Source: Chiloscyllium plagiosum (taxonomy: Eukaryota). Taken from it: 64,000 nucleotides of DNA. Location of the stretch: positions 16,042,515 to 16,106,514 of the forward strand of contig NC_057719.1 of the NCBI RefSeq assembly GCF_004010195.1, written 5' to 3'. The translations under genes and the position numbers were made by a program. The notes under the pieces were generated by a model. The model had not been told where the DNA came from, ran no database searches, and saw nothing but the letters and a program-made list of their open reading frames with translations. The number at the start of each line of letters is the position of its first letter. The first letter of the stretch is position 1. Below are positions 36,349-48,803 of this stretch, piece after piece.

Positions 36349-38490
36349 GGGGGCAGAATTGGAGGTGAGTTTGGCTTCATGGCAGCATCTGCTTCCAACG
36401 CAGACTCATAGAGGCATTGGTGGAGGCGGGTTTGGGCCCAGTACAAGGCCCAACGGCATCAGCAGCAGCTGTGTCAGCGAGGTAGGCCTGAAGTGGACTC
36501 TTGGCAGCAGCAGACTCGGGTTTAGTACCCAGCAAATTGATGGTGTCTGTACTGGCGAGGTCCAGCGAGGACTCATAGTGGCAAGGCAGTTGGTGGAGGT
36601 AAGATGGCACCAAAGAATGACCACTTTTCATTCCAGTGGTAGTGGTGTGGCAAAGGAGACGCGTGCCTAACCACAAAGCCCATGGCTTATGATGGAGCAC
36701 TTCACAAGAAGGACTGTGAAGTTGGACACTTGCTGTATTTCCTCATTTTTCTGCCTTTAGGGTCAATGTTTTGGGATTGTTTTGTGTTTTAACATGGCCC
36801 CAGAGAGTGGCGACACTGAACAACACTTTTCACTGTATTTTGTAACAAGATACATATGGCAATAAATAAATTAAATAAATCAAACCTTACCACTGCACCA
36901 CAAAATTGCCCAGCACAGCAGACTCCTGAAATCACGAGACACTCCTGTGTGTTATTTGGCAGAGTCACTTGCTTCATGAGCCAAGCACATCTCATCACAG
37001 AATTTAATTAAATCTGTTTTAATGCATTGTGCAATAAAGTGCTGTAGATTGCGTTTCCTCCATTTTACCTCAGCACACAAACAGCAATTGTTTCTCACAA
37101 TTCTTTTGAGTTTTAGTGTTCATGGCAATGATATTGTCCGCAGAGTGATGTTTGTAGAGCAGGAGGTTTTCACAGGGTCGCTCATTAGACCAAGTGTAAT
37201 CTGAGATCCCCTGTTACACTCTTGCAGTTGCAAGTTTTTCACGTCCTTTGCAAATTCAGTAACTCATGTACCAAAAAGTGGCTGTCATTGACTCAAGACT
37301 GCAGCCCTGAGAGAAAAGAAGCCTAACACTGGTTGTGGTGGAAGCTTGGTGCAGGAAAATGCTTCCCAACAGATAAAATGTCACAACATTTGTTTCCTTG
37401 GATATTTCTGCCCAACAGAATTAGTCAATTTATGGAGGCCTCAACACCCACCTGGAGCCCTGTTATTTTCTTTATTGTTCAGTTCTGATCTTAATCGAAT
37501 ATCAGAACCAAAGAGGCAAAGTGACCGATCGACTGGAATGAGACTGGAATGACAGGCACCGTTGGAACTTTAATAACCAGGCTAGATAAAAGAATGTAGA
37601 CCACACCTCCTTGGTTTGGAAAGTGTATCAATGTAGCAGTAAATGACCATGAGTCTTGTTGTCACAATGAGGAGTGTGTCCTGATCATTGAGGCCTACTA
37701 TTCCACAAGTCGTCATAAATATTTATTTACCCAATTACACATAGAGTCATGGATGTATAACCTTTATTGCAAGCTTACGGTTTGACAAATGCAAAAATGA
37801 ATTATTAATGATCACTGTGCAATTTAAACTCCACCTCTTTAAAATCCAAAGGAACACAGACACATTCCTTCACAACCATGCCAGACAGGAACACATATAC
37901 AGTTTGATACAAATACTATAAGTAGAAAATACAGAGGGGGAAGACATGTCTCTTGATCAACAGCCAACACTATACGTGGGGGTTACGTTGTTTCTCTCAA
38001 TTCTTTTGATTTTTAGTGATGATGGCATGATTTTGTCTGCAGAGTGACAGGCCATTTAATAGCCAATCACATGGATCTAGGTCTTTTCTTGTTTTTGAAT
38101 TCTTTCTTCTCAGATTCTTTTGGTGTTGTCTTTTTGTTCCCTCATGGCGGGGGAGAGAGATTTTTTTTGGTGCATGCAGCTGGATGTCTCAGTGCATTAC
38201 CCTACTCGTTAGTGAAAATGTCAACTGAAGAAGAAGTAAATCCAAAGGAGATGCAGCAAGTACTGTCAATCTTAATTCTCAGATCAAGCAGGTAGGTTCT
38301 GATTGGTCAGAGTGTTGTCATGGGAAAGTAGCTAAGTTTGCTATGAATGGAGGAGAAGTATTTTTGCCTGTATTAAACATGGCCCTGTGGATTAATGTAC
38401 AAGTGCAAACCACTGCAAACCTAATGGCTGATGATCTTAAATTGGCTTCCAATGTAACTCTCAGTATTGTCTGGATTATTTAATAAATGA

Positions 38491-38802
38491 TTTAGATTAG
38501 ATTACTTACGGTGTGGAAACAGGCCCTTCAGCCCAACAAGTCCACACCAACCCGCCGAAGCACAACCCACCCAGACCCATTCCCCTACATTTACCCCTTC
38601 ACCTAACACTACAGGCAATTTTATCATGGCCAATTCACCTAACCTGCACATTTTTGGACTGTGGGAGAAAACCAGAGCACCCGGTGGAAACCCACACAGA
38701 CACAGGGAGAATGTGCAAACTCCACACAGAGACTCGCCTGAGGTGGGAATTGAACCTGGGTCTCTGGTGCTGTGAGGCAGCAGTGCTAACCACTGTGCTG
38801 CC
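38491..38802 (-). mobile_element. HE1-type SINE
   Basis: Full head, core and TCTAA tail. Confidence 0.92.
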
Positions 38803-40029
38803 AATAGTGCAATCACATCCACTGGTGAACACACATTTCTGAGATTTGTAAGCACGGTCTGCTTGAGCATGTGCTGTGAATAGTCAACTGGATGTTGTCT
38901 AACATGGATGACAGTCATTGGGATGTATGACTTCCATAGTTGGTATTGTACTGGCACTGAAACTTAGGGATTCACTTTAATAGTTACCCTAGATTAAAGG
39001 TAAGCTTAAACCCTCTAATATTTCCTGGGCAACAGATCCTCCAAAATCTCTTGACATTAAGGGACTTTTTTGGAGGAGTTTAGGTCCAGCGTAAATACCA
39101 ATCTAATTTTCAATTTCCCAGCCAATTCCCTTGGAGTCAGCTGTCTGGGGATGTGTAATTCTGCTCCCAATGTGTAATTCAAGGGTTTGCTGCTGCAATA
39201 ACAATCTCACCATTACAATTTCTGTTCATCTCTAGGACTGAGTCTAACTATTCTGTGGAAGTTTAGATGTCAAAGTATAATTGTAGCAATAATCATGGTT
39301 AGGTAGAGACAATTAAACTTTACCATCACTCCTTCTGATGTAAAATAAATTCAAAAGACATTGTCAAGCAATAATGAAATTAACAGCAACCACTTTAAGA
39401 GAATCAGTTCTCTACACTTTATTACCATTGTAAATGTTGAACAGATTTTCTATATTTTAAAACAAAGTTGTGCAGTAAATATGCATTTTAAATACTATTT
39501 TTACAATCAATTTATGAATTTCTTCAGTTTGAGCTTAAATGCGAAACATAAATTCTTGCTTTAAATTGGTCCTTTATGAGCAAAAGTCAGAGGCGTTGTT
39601 CATATTTCTATTTCACACACACAGTTTGAGACAGCTACAGAAAGCTGTTCATCATTGCAGCTGTGTAAATCAAAATGAACACATCATGAATAAACACAAT
39701 TATAGATTTATCTATCTTTAAATAATTCAACATAGATGTTTTCACAGAGAAAGGTCAATGTAGATTCTTTTCCCAGTACTGAATAAAGTGCAGCATGGTG
39801 AAGCTTTAGAATTCACGTCACCAAATCCAATCATCAACAACCCAAATGAAATTCAGCTAAACTCCAATCACCTACTTCTTTGGGTATTTAAACCCAAAGC
39901 ACTATAAGTCAATCTATAAGTGTTACCCAGTCTTTTAATATAGGTTTCCAAAAACTTTTACATTACCCAAATGAAATAAACAACTCTCCAATTTGTATGG
40001 CAAATGGATTGTGAAATTGATGTCACATC

Positions 40030-40380
40030 GAGACTAGAGTATTGTTCTGAGGGAATGTTGCACTGTTAGAAGAGTTTTCACCTTTCAGATGTAAAATTAA
40101 AACAGGATCTCTGCTTTCTCACTTGAACATAAAAGATCGCATAGTGTTACTTTGAAGAGGAGTGCAGGAGTTTCTCCTCAAGCTTTGGCCAATATTAATG
40201 CATCATCAATCATTCAAAAAGTACTCTGGGCCATCACTACATTTTTTTTGTGAAAGTTAGTAGTCACGTTTCTTACAATAGGTTTAATTGTCTGTCTATA
40301 TATCTAACCATAATTATTTCAGATGTCCATTGGCTCTAAATTGCTTTGGGTGGATTGAGGTTGTGGGAAGTGCTATGGGG
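40030..40380 (+). mobile_element. Deu-type SINE (old)
   Basis: GTTCTGAGGGAATGTTGCACTGTTAGAAG...CTTTCAGATG...CATTGGCTCTAAATTGCTTTGGG. Confidence 0.55.
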
Positions 40381-41492
40381 AAGACTGTACTCCTGCATGA
40401 GGCTATATACACTGCTCGTCACAACATCACGTATGTTTTCTCTAATATTTTTCAATCATTGGCATTGAGAGGTAGGAAACAGTAAAGTTGGTTTTTTTGG
40501 ATAAGTTACAATCCAAGCATTATAAGTTCTGAGTTAGTTCAGAAAGCTGGTGACAGAGCACATTGTGCACATTCTAGACAGAGAGATCACCCATCCTCGA
40601 CCAAAAACAGACTACACCCTACTCACATCCAGTGTATATCCTGCCTAGACACAAAGCATACCCAGTCTAAATCAATAGTACACCCATCCTTTAGCTAGAG
40701 TACACTCAGCCTAGAGCAAAGGCTAGACACATCATGCCATGTGGAGGAAAATATGAAGATTGCATATGCACAGCAAATTAGATTGGCAAAGACATATAAA
40801 TCAAACACTGGTCTCCTTAGATAGGAAGGTTTGATGGCACAGACAGACATGATGTCTAGATAGTAATGGGAATCAAAGAGAAATTATTCCAGCCACCAGC
40901 AGTGGGAGTCACAGAATCACTACGGTGTATTTATATATCTCCATTATTACTCAATCCAAAATGAGGCAACAATTCAAGTTTGAGATCTTACTATGTCGAT
41001 GATAATGGAGAGAGATGACAGCATCATAAAGTGAAACATTTGTCACCATTTTCCATTGAATGAGTGCAGGCAAAGTTTTATGGGGATAAAATATACTATG
41101 TATATAACAAAGTTTGCCAAGTTGCCTGGTAACATGGTTTGCTAGATCAACCCCTTTAACACATGCACATAATTGGTTTCTGAGTTCCTTGCTCTTTTTT
41201 ATTATACATTTTCTAATCAGTCATGTTCAGAGTTGGTATCACACACCACTAGGGCAGGTGGAATTTGATGCTGAACCTCCTGGTCTAGAGACAGAGACAA
41301 TACCACTGCAAAACAAGAATCCTTAGTATTTTTTATATTTCAGATGTCAATGCTCAGAATCAGAATATGAATTTTATTTAATTAACCTATTTTTCTAATC
41401 AAGCCCTTCAGAGATATTATTAAACACCTCTGCAGCACATGAGACTTGAACTTGGGTCTCCAGGTCCAGCAGTAGGGACACTACCACTCTGC

Positions 41493-41618
41493 GGAGAGGA
41501 GAAAGTGAGGTCTGCAGATGCTGGAGATCAAAGTTGAAACTTTATTGCTGGAACAGCACAGCAGGTCAGGCAGCATCCAGGGAACAGGAGATTCGACGTT
41601 TCGGGCACAGGCCCTTCT
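41493..41618 (-). mobile_element. Young PLE pLTR end inserted into a tRNA-like SINE head
   Basis: Identical to 33374-33465 over the shared part; TSD CCACTCTGC at 41484-41492 and 41619-41627. Confidence 0.88.
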
Positions 41619-42202
41619 CCACTCTGCCACAAGACGGCCCACAAGAGTCCTTCATTTACAAATAATACAATACATAACAATGCCACATGGTTACAGAACC
41701 AAATAAGGACAAATATAACATTAATTGCTCTGAATAGCCTCCTCTTCAAAGCCATTATCACCAAAATCAATTAACTCCTTTAAAACAGAGCAGACTAAAC
41801 ATTTACAAGAAAAGGACTGAGAGTGCAGGAGTGCAATAATAATTAAAGAATAAAGTTTTGAAGCATTATTTTTAGGAACAGGATCCCCACATAGATGAGG
41901 TCAGAGCTGAGTAGTATGGGCTGTGTCAGGAATCCAGTATTGTGGAGATATGCAAGATTAGATTAGACTGTTATAGAAAACTTTCATGTTCATGTTTGTT
42001 TTACTCATTATTAGTCACTACACTCAGAAAAGTTGCAGTTGTACGAAAAAGTACTTGTTGGTGCAATGACTAACTTAATCAGTCAAAAATGACTTGTTTA
42101 TTATTCCCTGCCCTCTATTTTAAAAAGCTATCCAGCAATAAGAGTTTTATGCAGTTTGAAGCATTTTTTAGTAAAAACACATTACATTTGAAACTAAACT
42201 TT

Positions 42203-42452
42203 GGATGGATACATGAACAGGAAAGGTTTGGAGGGATATGGGCCAGATGGGACTTGTTTAGTTTGGGATTATGTTTGACATGGACTGGTTGGACAAAAGA
42301 GGAGAAAGTGAGAACTGCAGATGCTGGAGTACCAGAGTTGAAAAATGTGACGCTGGAAAAACACAGCAGGCCAGGCAGCATCTGAGGAGCAGGAGAATCA
42401 ACTCTGGTTGGACTAAAGAGTCTGTTTCTGTGCTGTATGACTCTATGACTCT
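42203..42452 (+). mobile_element. CR1 tail interrupted by an antisense PLE pLTR end (about 42300-42402)
   Basis: CR1 tail ending CTATGACTCTA; CTGGTTGGAC(A/T)AAA duplicated on both sides of the insert. Confidence 0.75.
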
Positions 42453-42730
42453 AAAATGAATTTATGAATCACGTACTGGACACACACATTGGAAAAATGC
42501 AATTTGCACAAATTCAAGTATAATTTACGGTGAATTATAAGAATTACACATTCTACACACCACCTGACTCATTCTGTGGCATCCCACTTTGATAATAGAA
42601 TGGGACCATTCCTTCTTCTCTGATTAACAGCTTATCCTGTCCAAACCTTCTTTATAAAACAACTGGCCTATTCCAGTTAATAGTCTGGTAAATCTTCTCT
42701 GACCTATTTCCAACACATATACATCCTTAT

Positions 42731-42950
42731 AAAAGCAAATTACTGTGGATGCTGGAATCTGAAACCAAAAGAGAAAATGCTGGAAAATCTCAGCAACTCT
42801 GGGAGCATCCATTAGGAGAGAAAAGAGCTGACGTGTCAAATCTAACTGACCTTTTGTCAAAGGGTCAGTTAGACTCGAAACGTCAACTCTTTTCTCTCCT
42901 TACAGTAGCTGCCAGACTTGCTGAGATTTTCCAGCATTTTCTTTTTTGGT
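42731..42950. mobile_element. Fold-back PLE-derived repeat nested in an old minus-strand CR1
   Basis: Imperfect palindrome 42764-42950 centred on TGACCTTTTGTCAAAGGGTCA. Confidence 0.75.
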
Positions 42951-43064
42951 CACATTTACATCCTTCCCTAAATAAAGTGACCAGCATTGTACACTGTAGG
43001 TTCATGATGAAGTGTGCATTTAGGAGTGGACAGGTCTCAGAAATGGAACTTGGTGCATGAATAA

Positions 43065-43620
43065 GAAGAGTAACTTGTATTTATAACAAGGACTTTAAAT
43101 GTAACAAATCTTCCTCAGGCAATTCACATGACTATTATCAAAATGCATTTGACACTAAAACATTCAGGAGATAAGGATGGGAAAAGGTAGGAAACTGGAA
43201 TTGAGGATTGCCAGATCAGATATGATCTAATTGAATGGCAGAGCAGACTCAATGGGCTGAATGGCCTACTTCTGTTCCAATGTCTTAAGGTCTTAGGATG
43301 AGTAAAAGCTTAGTCAAACAGATAAGTTTTCAGGAAAACATTCAAAAATGACAGAAGTCACAGGGAGGTACGAAGGGAGGGAGTTTCAACGCTTGAGAAA
43401 GGCATGGCTGAAGGTACAACTTCTCATGGTGGAATGACTAAAATCAGGACACAAAAAAGACAAGAATTAGAGGAGCACTGATATATCAAGAGTTGTGGGG
43501 CCGGAGTAACTTGCAGAGATAGTGATGGGTAAAGCTATGGAGGGAGTTGAAAACAAGAATGAGAATCTTCAAACCAAGGCATTGATGGACCAGGATCCAA
43601 ACCCATCAGTGGGAGCAATG
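43065..43620 (-). mobile_element. Old L2-like 3' fragment with a plus-strand CR1-type tail nested at about 43175-43295
   Basis: ACTTGTATTTATAAC..., AAAGCTTAGTCAAACAGATAAGTTTT (reverse of an L2 tail), and GCAGACTCAATGGGCTGAATGGCCTACTTCTGTTCC. Confidence 0.5.
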
Positions 43621-44826
43621 ATGATGGGTGAACAGAACTTTGAGCAGGTTAGGAAATGAGGAGCAGAATACTGTCCCTCCCACCATATTGGAACACTGCA
43701 CAAAGATACAGCCGTATTCAAAGAACATATATCTGGCCCAAGTTATACAGACACACACATGGGGTAAAGGTTCAGGAGCCTGGTGGAAAAGTTGTGCACA
43801 TTTACGTGCCCGAGATGCTTTAATTTGTACAATATTTAGGCAAGGACAGTATCAGTATGGAAATAGCAGCATGAACTTAAAAACAAAAGAGATTTAAAGC
43901 AACACTCCAGTTAAACAGTTAAATAAAAAAAGAAGCATACATTACACTTTCACATTGATAGCCAAAATCAACCATCATTTCAGATGGACAAATTCCAACC
44001 TGCTGAGGATATTTAATAGGCAAAACCAGCTTGCAGCAAATAAGCCCATATTCCTATCAAAACTATCTTTTGTTTTCAGAGAAAGTATCTATTTTATAAG
44101 AAAGTTCAATTATGAGATGAAGAGCACAGAGTATTGCTCAGATTAAATACTTCATTTTCATTTGGAGTCTTTGTCTAGATACCCTGCTACACAAATAACA
44201 CCACTTTAGTGTGAAATTCATCACCTGTGACTAACTTGGGATTCCTTTCATTCTTCATTTAAAAATTACCTGAAAGTATTGATCTGGAGAATATTTGGAT
44301 CATGCAATTTGTGGCCAAGTTGTACTTAAAGCGGAAGTCACAAATTGAGAATCTCTATTTAACTTATCTAAAAGTTTGTGTCTTTAGAACAGTTATTTAT
44401 AATATATAGGTTTATAAAATACACAGACAGAAGCTGTGAAACTTCCCTATTATATACACTGCATTCCACTCTTACTGTGATCTATTGTTATTAAATTGGA
44501 GTTATGAATGAAGAAAGACAACATTGACATAAGTTACGAAGATTACGACAATGCTAAGTATTAGGTTTTGGACATTACACAGTTTGGCACACATCCACAG
44601 ACTATGGTTTTCAAACCCTGTCCCATAATGCCCTCTGACAAGTTTCAATTTCCAGTAGCGTTCAGTGGCCAACAAAATCTGGAGTTTTACCATCAAGAAT
44701 GCAACATTATTCCCAATAATCTCTTTAGAAAATACATGATACAAAGACACAATTCATTGTTGAGTCCCACGTTTTTGAAATTTGAGTCTGGTTAGGACAT
44801 GCTCAGCTCAGCAAAACACTGTGACC

Positions 44827-44934
44827 TCAGGTGAGGTTCAGGTTGTGCCACTTGATAACAACTTTCTCTGGATTTGCACTTGTGTCCTGCCACTGTTCCA
44901 AAGCCTCTCCAGTGCTGTCCCATCCAATCACCAC
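44827..44934 (-). CDS. TC2N: TC2N final coding exon
   Basis: Acceptor ctttttgctttcag; VVIGWDSTGEALEQWQDTSANPEKVVIKWHNLNLT-stop, matching the remembered vertebrate TC2N C-terminus (NPEKVVIRWHKLNPS); phase 0 fits the previous exon. Confidence 0.93.
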   Translation of the reverse strand: MVIGWDSTGEALEQWQDTSANPEKVVIKWHNLNLT

Positions 44935-45499
44935 CTGAAAGCAAAAAGTATCTGGGTCAGTGTCAGATATGAATAACTTACCATTAAAACCCCATCACTT
45001 TTCCTCCGAAAACCGACAGGATAGTGAAGATCTTCTGAAGTGTAATTGCTGATGCAAAGCAGGAAATGAGGCAGTCAATTTTATGCACAGCAAGTTCCCA
45101 AACACATCACTGTCATAACAAGCAGATAGTCTGCTTTAGTGTTATTATGAGGGAAGACGTCTTCAAATGAGGCCATCTGGGTAGAGCTCAAATAAATAAA
45201 AAGGGCTGATTACCTTGATGGGATTATACTTAATAGTCAGAGGGAGATAGCGGATCAGATATGTAGGCAAATCAAAGAAAGACGTGAGAGAAACAGGAGA
45301 AAATAAAATGAGTTGAATCTTGAACATCTGGCCCATTTGAAAAACTTATTTGTTTTGTAAAATATAACTATGTGGCTGGGAATATGCAGCTGATAAATGC
45401 AGGTTTCAGTGTTATGTGAAAAGAAAATAACTTCATCCACTTGACAAGCTTCATTCCATTAGATTCAGTCTAGCACTGTCTTAGTAGGCCTTTCTATGC

Positions 45500-45785
45500 A
45501 CTGGTAGAAAACGCTGTCCTAGCTGCAATCTAAAAGTTCCACCGCATTTAATTCCTTTGCACTAAGGTGTTCCCAGTTAATGTTAGCAAAGTTGACGTCC
45601 CCCACAACTATCACCCTGTTTCTCTCACTCCTTTTGTGACTTGGCTACATATCAGCTGTTCCATCTCCCTCTGACTGTTGAGAGGTCTGTAGTATAATCT
45701 CAGCAAGGTAATTGTCCCCTATTTTTATTTCTGAGCTCTACCCAGGTGGCCTCATTTGAAGACCCTTCTAGAACGCTGTCCCTTA
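45500..45785 (-). mobile_element. Old CR1 endonuclease fragment
   Basis: Minus strand RVIVVGDVNFANINW, homologous to 10240-10450. Confidence 0.7.
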
Positions 45786-45794
45786 AGTAATGCT

Positions 45795-45975
45795 AAAACA
45801 GATTGTCTGCTTGTTATGACATTGATGCGTTTGGGAGCTTGCTCTGCACAAAATTGACTGCGTCGTTTCTTGCTTTGCAACAGTGATAACACTTCAGAAA
45901 TTCCTCATTGTCTGTAGAACACTTTTGAGATGTCTGGCGGTTTTGTACAGTGCTACATAAATGAAATGTTCCTTT
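45795..45975 (+). mobile_element. Deu-type SINE 3' part
   Basis: TTTGGGAGCTTGCTCTGCACAAATTGACTGC...GTGCTACATAAATG. Confidence 0.6.
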
Positions 45976-46249
45976 CATTTAATTGGAATTCTGCAACTTG
46001 GACTTTCTCTCTTATAGTTGTACAAGAAATCATTATTGGCTATGCCTCCTGCTGCCTTTGCTCAAGTTCTAGAATATCCTCCTCAAACCCCTCTGTCTCT
46101 CTCCTCCTTTATGACATTCTTGAAAACCTACATCTCTGACAAAGTGTTTGGTCAACTGGCCTAATGTCCTGGATCAATGGAAAACGAACCTTTAATAAAT
46201 ACACACATTGGACCATGGACAATGGACCAGCGTCCTTTCTCAATAACTA

Positions 46250-47380
46250 TGCCTGTTGCGCTTACACCCATCATCATGAAGTGCAATGAGAGGCTCATGA
46301 TGAGGCATATTAAGACCCTGCTGCCCCTCTCACTGGATACCCTGCAGTTCGCATAATGACCCAACCGCTCAACAGATGATGCAATTTCCACCACCTCCAT
46401 CCACCCTCACCCACCTGGAGAAGAAGGACACCTATGTCAGATGACTGTTCATGAACTTCAGTTCTGCATTTAACAATATCATTTCTCAGCACCTGATTGG
46501 AAAGCTGAGTCTGCTGGGCCTAAATACCTCCCTTTGTAACTAATACCTGGACTTCCTGACTGGGAGACCTCAGTCAGTCCGGATTGGGAACAGCATCTCC
46601 AACACCATCAGACAGAGCATGGGGGTCCCCCAGGACTGTATGCTCAGTCCACTGCTGTTCACCCTGCTAACACATGACTGTGCAGTGATGCACAGGTAAA
46701 ATCACATCATCAAATTTGCTGATGATATAACTGTAGTGGGTTTTATCAGCACGAATGACGAGTCTGCATACAGAGAGGAGGTGCAGCAGCTAATGGACTG
46801 GCGCAGAGACAACAACCTGTCTCTGAACATGGACAAGATGAAAGAGATGGTTGTTGACTTTGGGAAGGCATAGAGCGACCACTCTCCATTGGACATCAAT
46901 GGTTCCCCTATGGAGATCGTGAAGAGCACCGAATTTCTTGGTGTACACCTGCTGGAGAATCTCACCTGGTCCCCTAACACCAGCTCCACAGCTAAGAAAG
47001 CCCAGCAGCGTCTCTACTTTCTGCACAGGCTGAGGAAAGCCCACCTCCCACCCCCGTCCTCACCATATTCTACAGAGGGTTCATTGAGAGTATCCTGAAC
47101 TACTACATCACTGCCTGGTTCGGGAACTGCACTTTCTCAGATTACAAGACCCTACAACGGATAGTGAGGACAGGTGAAAAGATCATCGGGGTTTCTCTCC
47201 CCTCCATTACAGACATTTACAACACACGCTGCATCCGAAAGGCTAACATCATTGTGGAAGACCCCACACACCCCTCACTCAAACTCTTTTCCCTCCTGCC
47301 ATCTGGCAGAAGATACTGGAGCAACTGGTCTCTGACAGCCAGACTGTACAATGGTTTCTTCCCTCAAGCCATCAGGCTCC
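46250..47380 (+). mobile_element. Rex1/Babar LINE RT fragment, decayed
   Basis: [82 protein letters not shown]. Confidence 0.92.
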
Positions 47381-47428
47381 TTTTGACTGTCTCGGTTGTG
47401 TATGGCAGAAATGACAAATAAAAAGCTA

Positions 47429-47439
47429 GTCTCTCTCAG

Positions 47440-47476
<37 letters not shown>
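47429..47476. repeat. (TC)n microsatellite
   Basis: Seen directly. Confidence 0.95.
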
Positions 47477-47557
47477 AATGCATTGAGAGTTGCAGAAATA
47501 AGAAATGTAAAACAGGGCGATGTCCTCTGTAGGAGATCTGGGACCTGAGGAAACATC

Positions 47558-47725
47558 TATAATTACAGCATTTAAAAGGCATCTGGGTGGGTAGATGAAT
47601 AGAAAGGGTGTTAGACGGAATATGGGCCAAATGCTTGCAAATGGGACGAGGTCAGATTGGGATGTCTGGTCAGCATGGACAATTTGAACTGAAGGGTCTG
47701 TTTCCATGCTGTATGTCTCTAACTA
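47558..47725 (+). mobile_element. CR1 3' tail
   Basis: Homologous to 52600-52770. Confidence 0.85.
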
Positions 47726-48524
47726 TGCATTTCCTTTACCACTGTAAATAATCCCTGCTAAACACTGTAGCATCAGAAGCAGGAAGTTAGAATATTTAAT
47801 TTAGACTGTTTGTATCTAATCATGTGCTACAGAACACAAAACAAGAGGAATTTTAATAAACATGTTTACACTAATAAAAGAAACACAAGACAAAAGAAAA
47901 CAAAGCATATTAAATTACATCTCAAATTTTTCTGTTAAAATCAATAGTTCAAAACAATAGTTAAAATCAGCTGCAGTCTGATTCCACATGTGCAAAACTT
48001 AATTATTTTTGGTGTCAGAAATTTACTGCCCCAAAAAGCACAGACTTTATATCATCCTGCATATCTAAGTATTGAGTGTGACTGTGTGTGTATCAGACAG
48101 AAAATACGGTGTTTAATTCATTCATTTGTGTTGGATAGATTGGAAGCCTGATAGCCTCACTTTACTGTTTTCTAATCTGGGTTCTTTTGTTGTTCATACG
48201 AGCTAAGGCGAGACTTTAAACTATGTTTATTAGCATAGCACATGATGGCAAGGCTACTACCCTTATCTGTACAGGATTCTATCTCTTTGCAGAACATTAA
48301 CACATGGCTACTTAGGTCACAGTGGCATCACTGTTGACCTCATAGGCTTACCTACAAATTCCTTAAGCCTGTCTCTACAGCTTGGCTGGAATTTCTATAA
48401 CAAAATTCTTCCCACCTTCTCCTGACACAGTTGCTGTGAAGCATTTCTGTACATCTTTTGGATATCCAATTGTTGTCAACAGCCAGAGCAGGTTATAATC
48501 CGACACTTCTCTTGAGCAGTTTAG

Positions 48525-48803
48525 GTGGGGGAGTTCAAAACTAGGGCGCATATTTTTAAGGTGAGAGAAGAAAGATTTAAAAAGGACACAAGGGAAAACT
48601 TTTGTTTTTACACAGAGTGGTTACTGTGTGGAGAAACTGGTGGTGGATGTAGGTACAGTTACAATGTTTAAAAGATATTTGGATAAGTTCATGAATAGGA
48701 AAGGTTTAGAGGAATATGAGCCAAGAGCAGACTAGTTTAGTTATGAGAACATGGCAGGCATGGATTGGCTGGATCGAAGGGTCTGTTTCCGTGCTGCATG
48801 ACT
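48525..48803 (+). mobile_element. CR1 3' fragment
   Basis: Homologous to 52460-52770. Confidence 0.82.

Noticed and set aside
1..44000. CATSPERB exons expected from mammalian synteny with TC2N
   Set aside because: No segment convincingly matched the protein as I remember it; a tBLASTn search is needed before claiming presence or absence.
43800..44826. TC2N polyadenylation site
   Set aside because: Only weak ATTAAA candidates on the minus strand; cannot be placed without transcript data.
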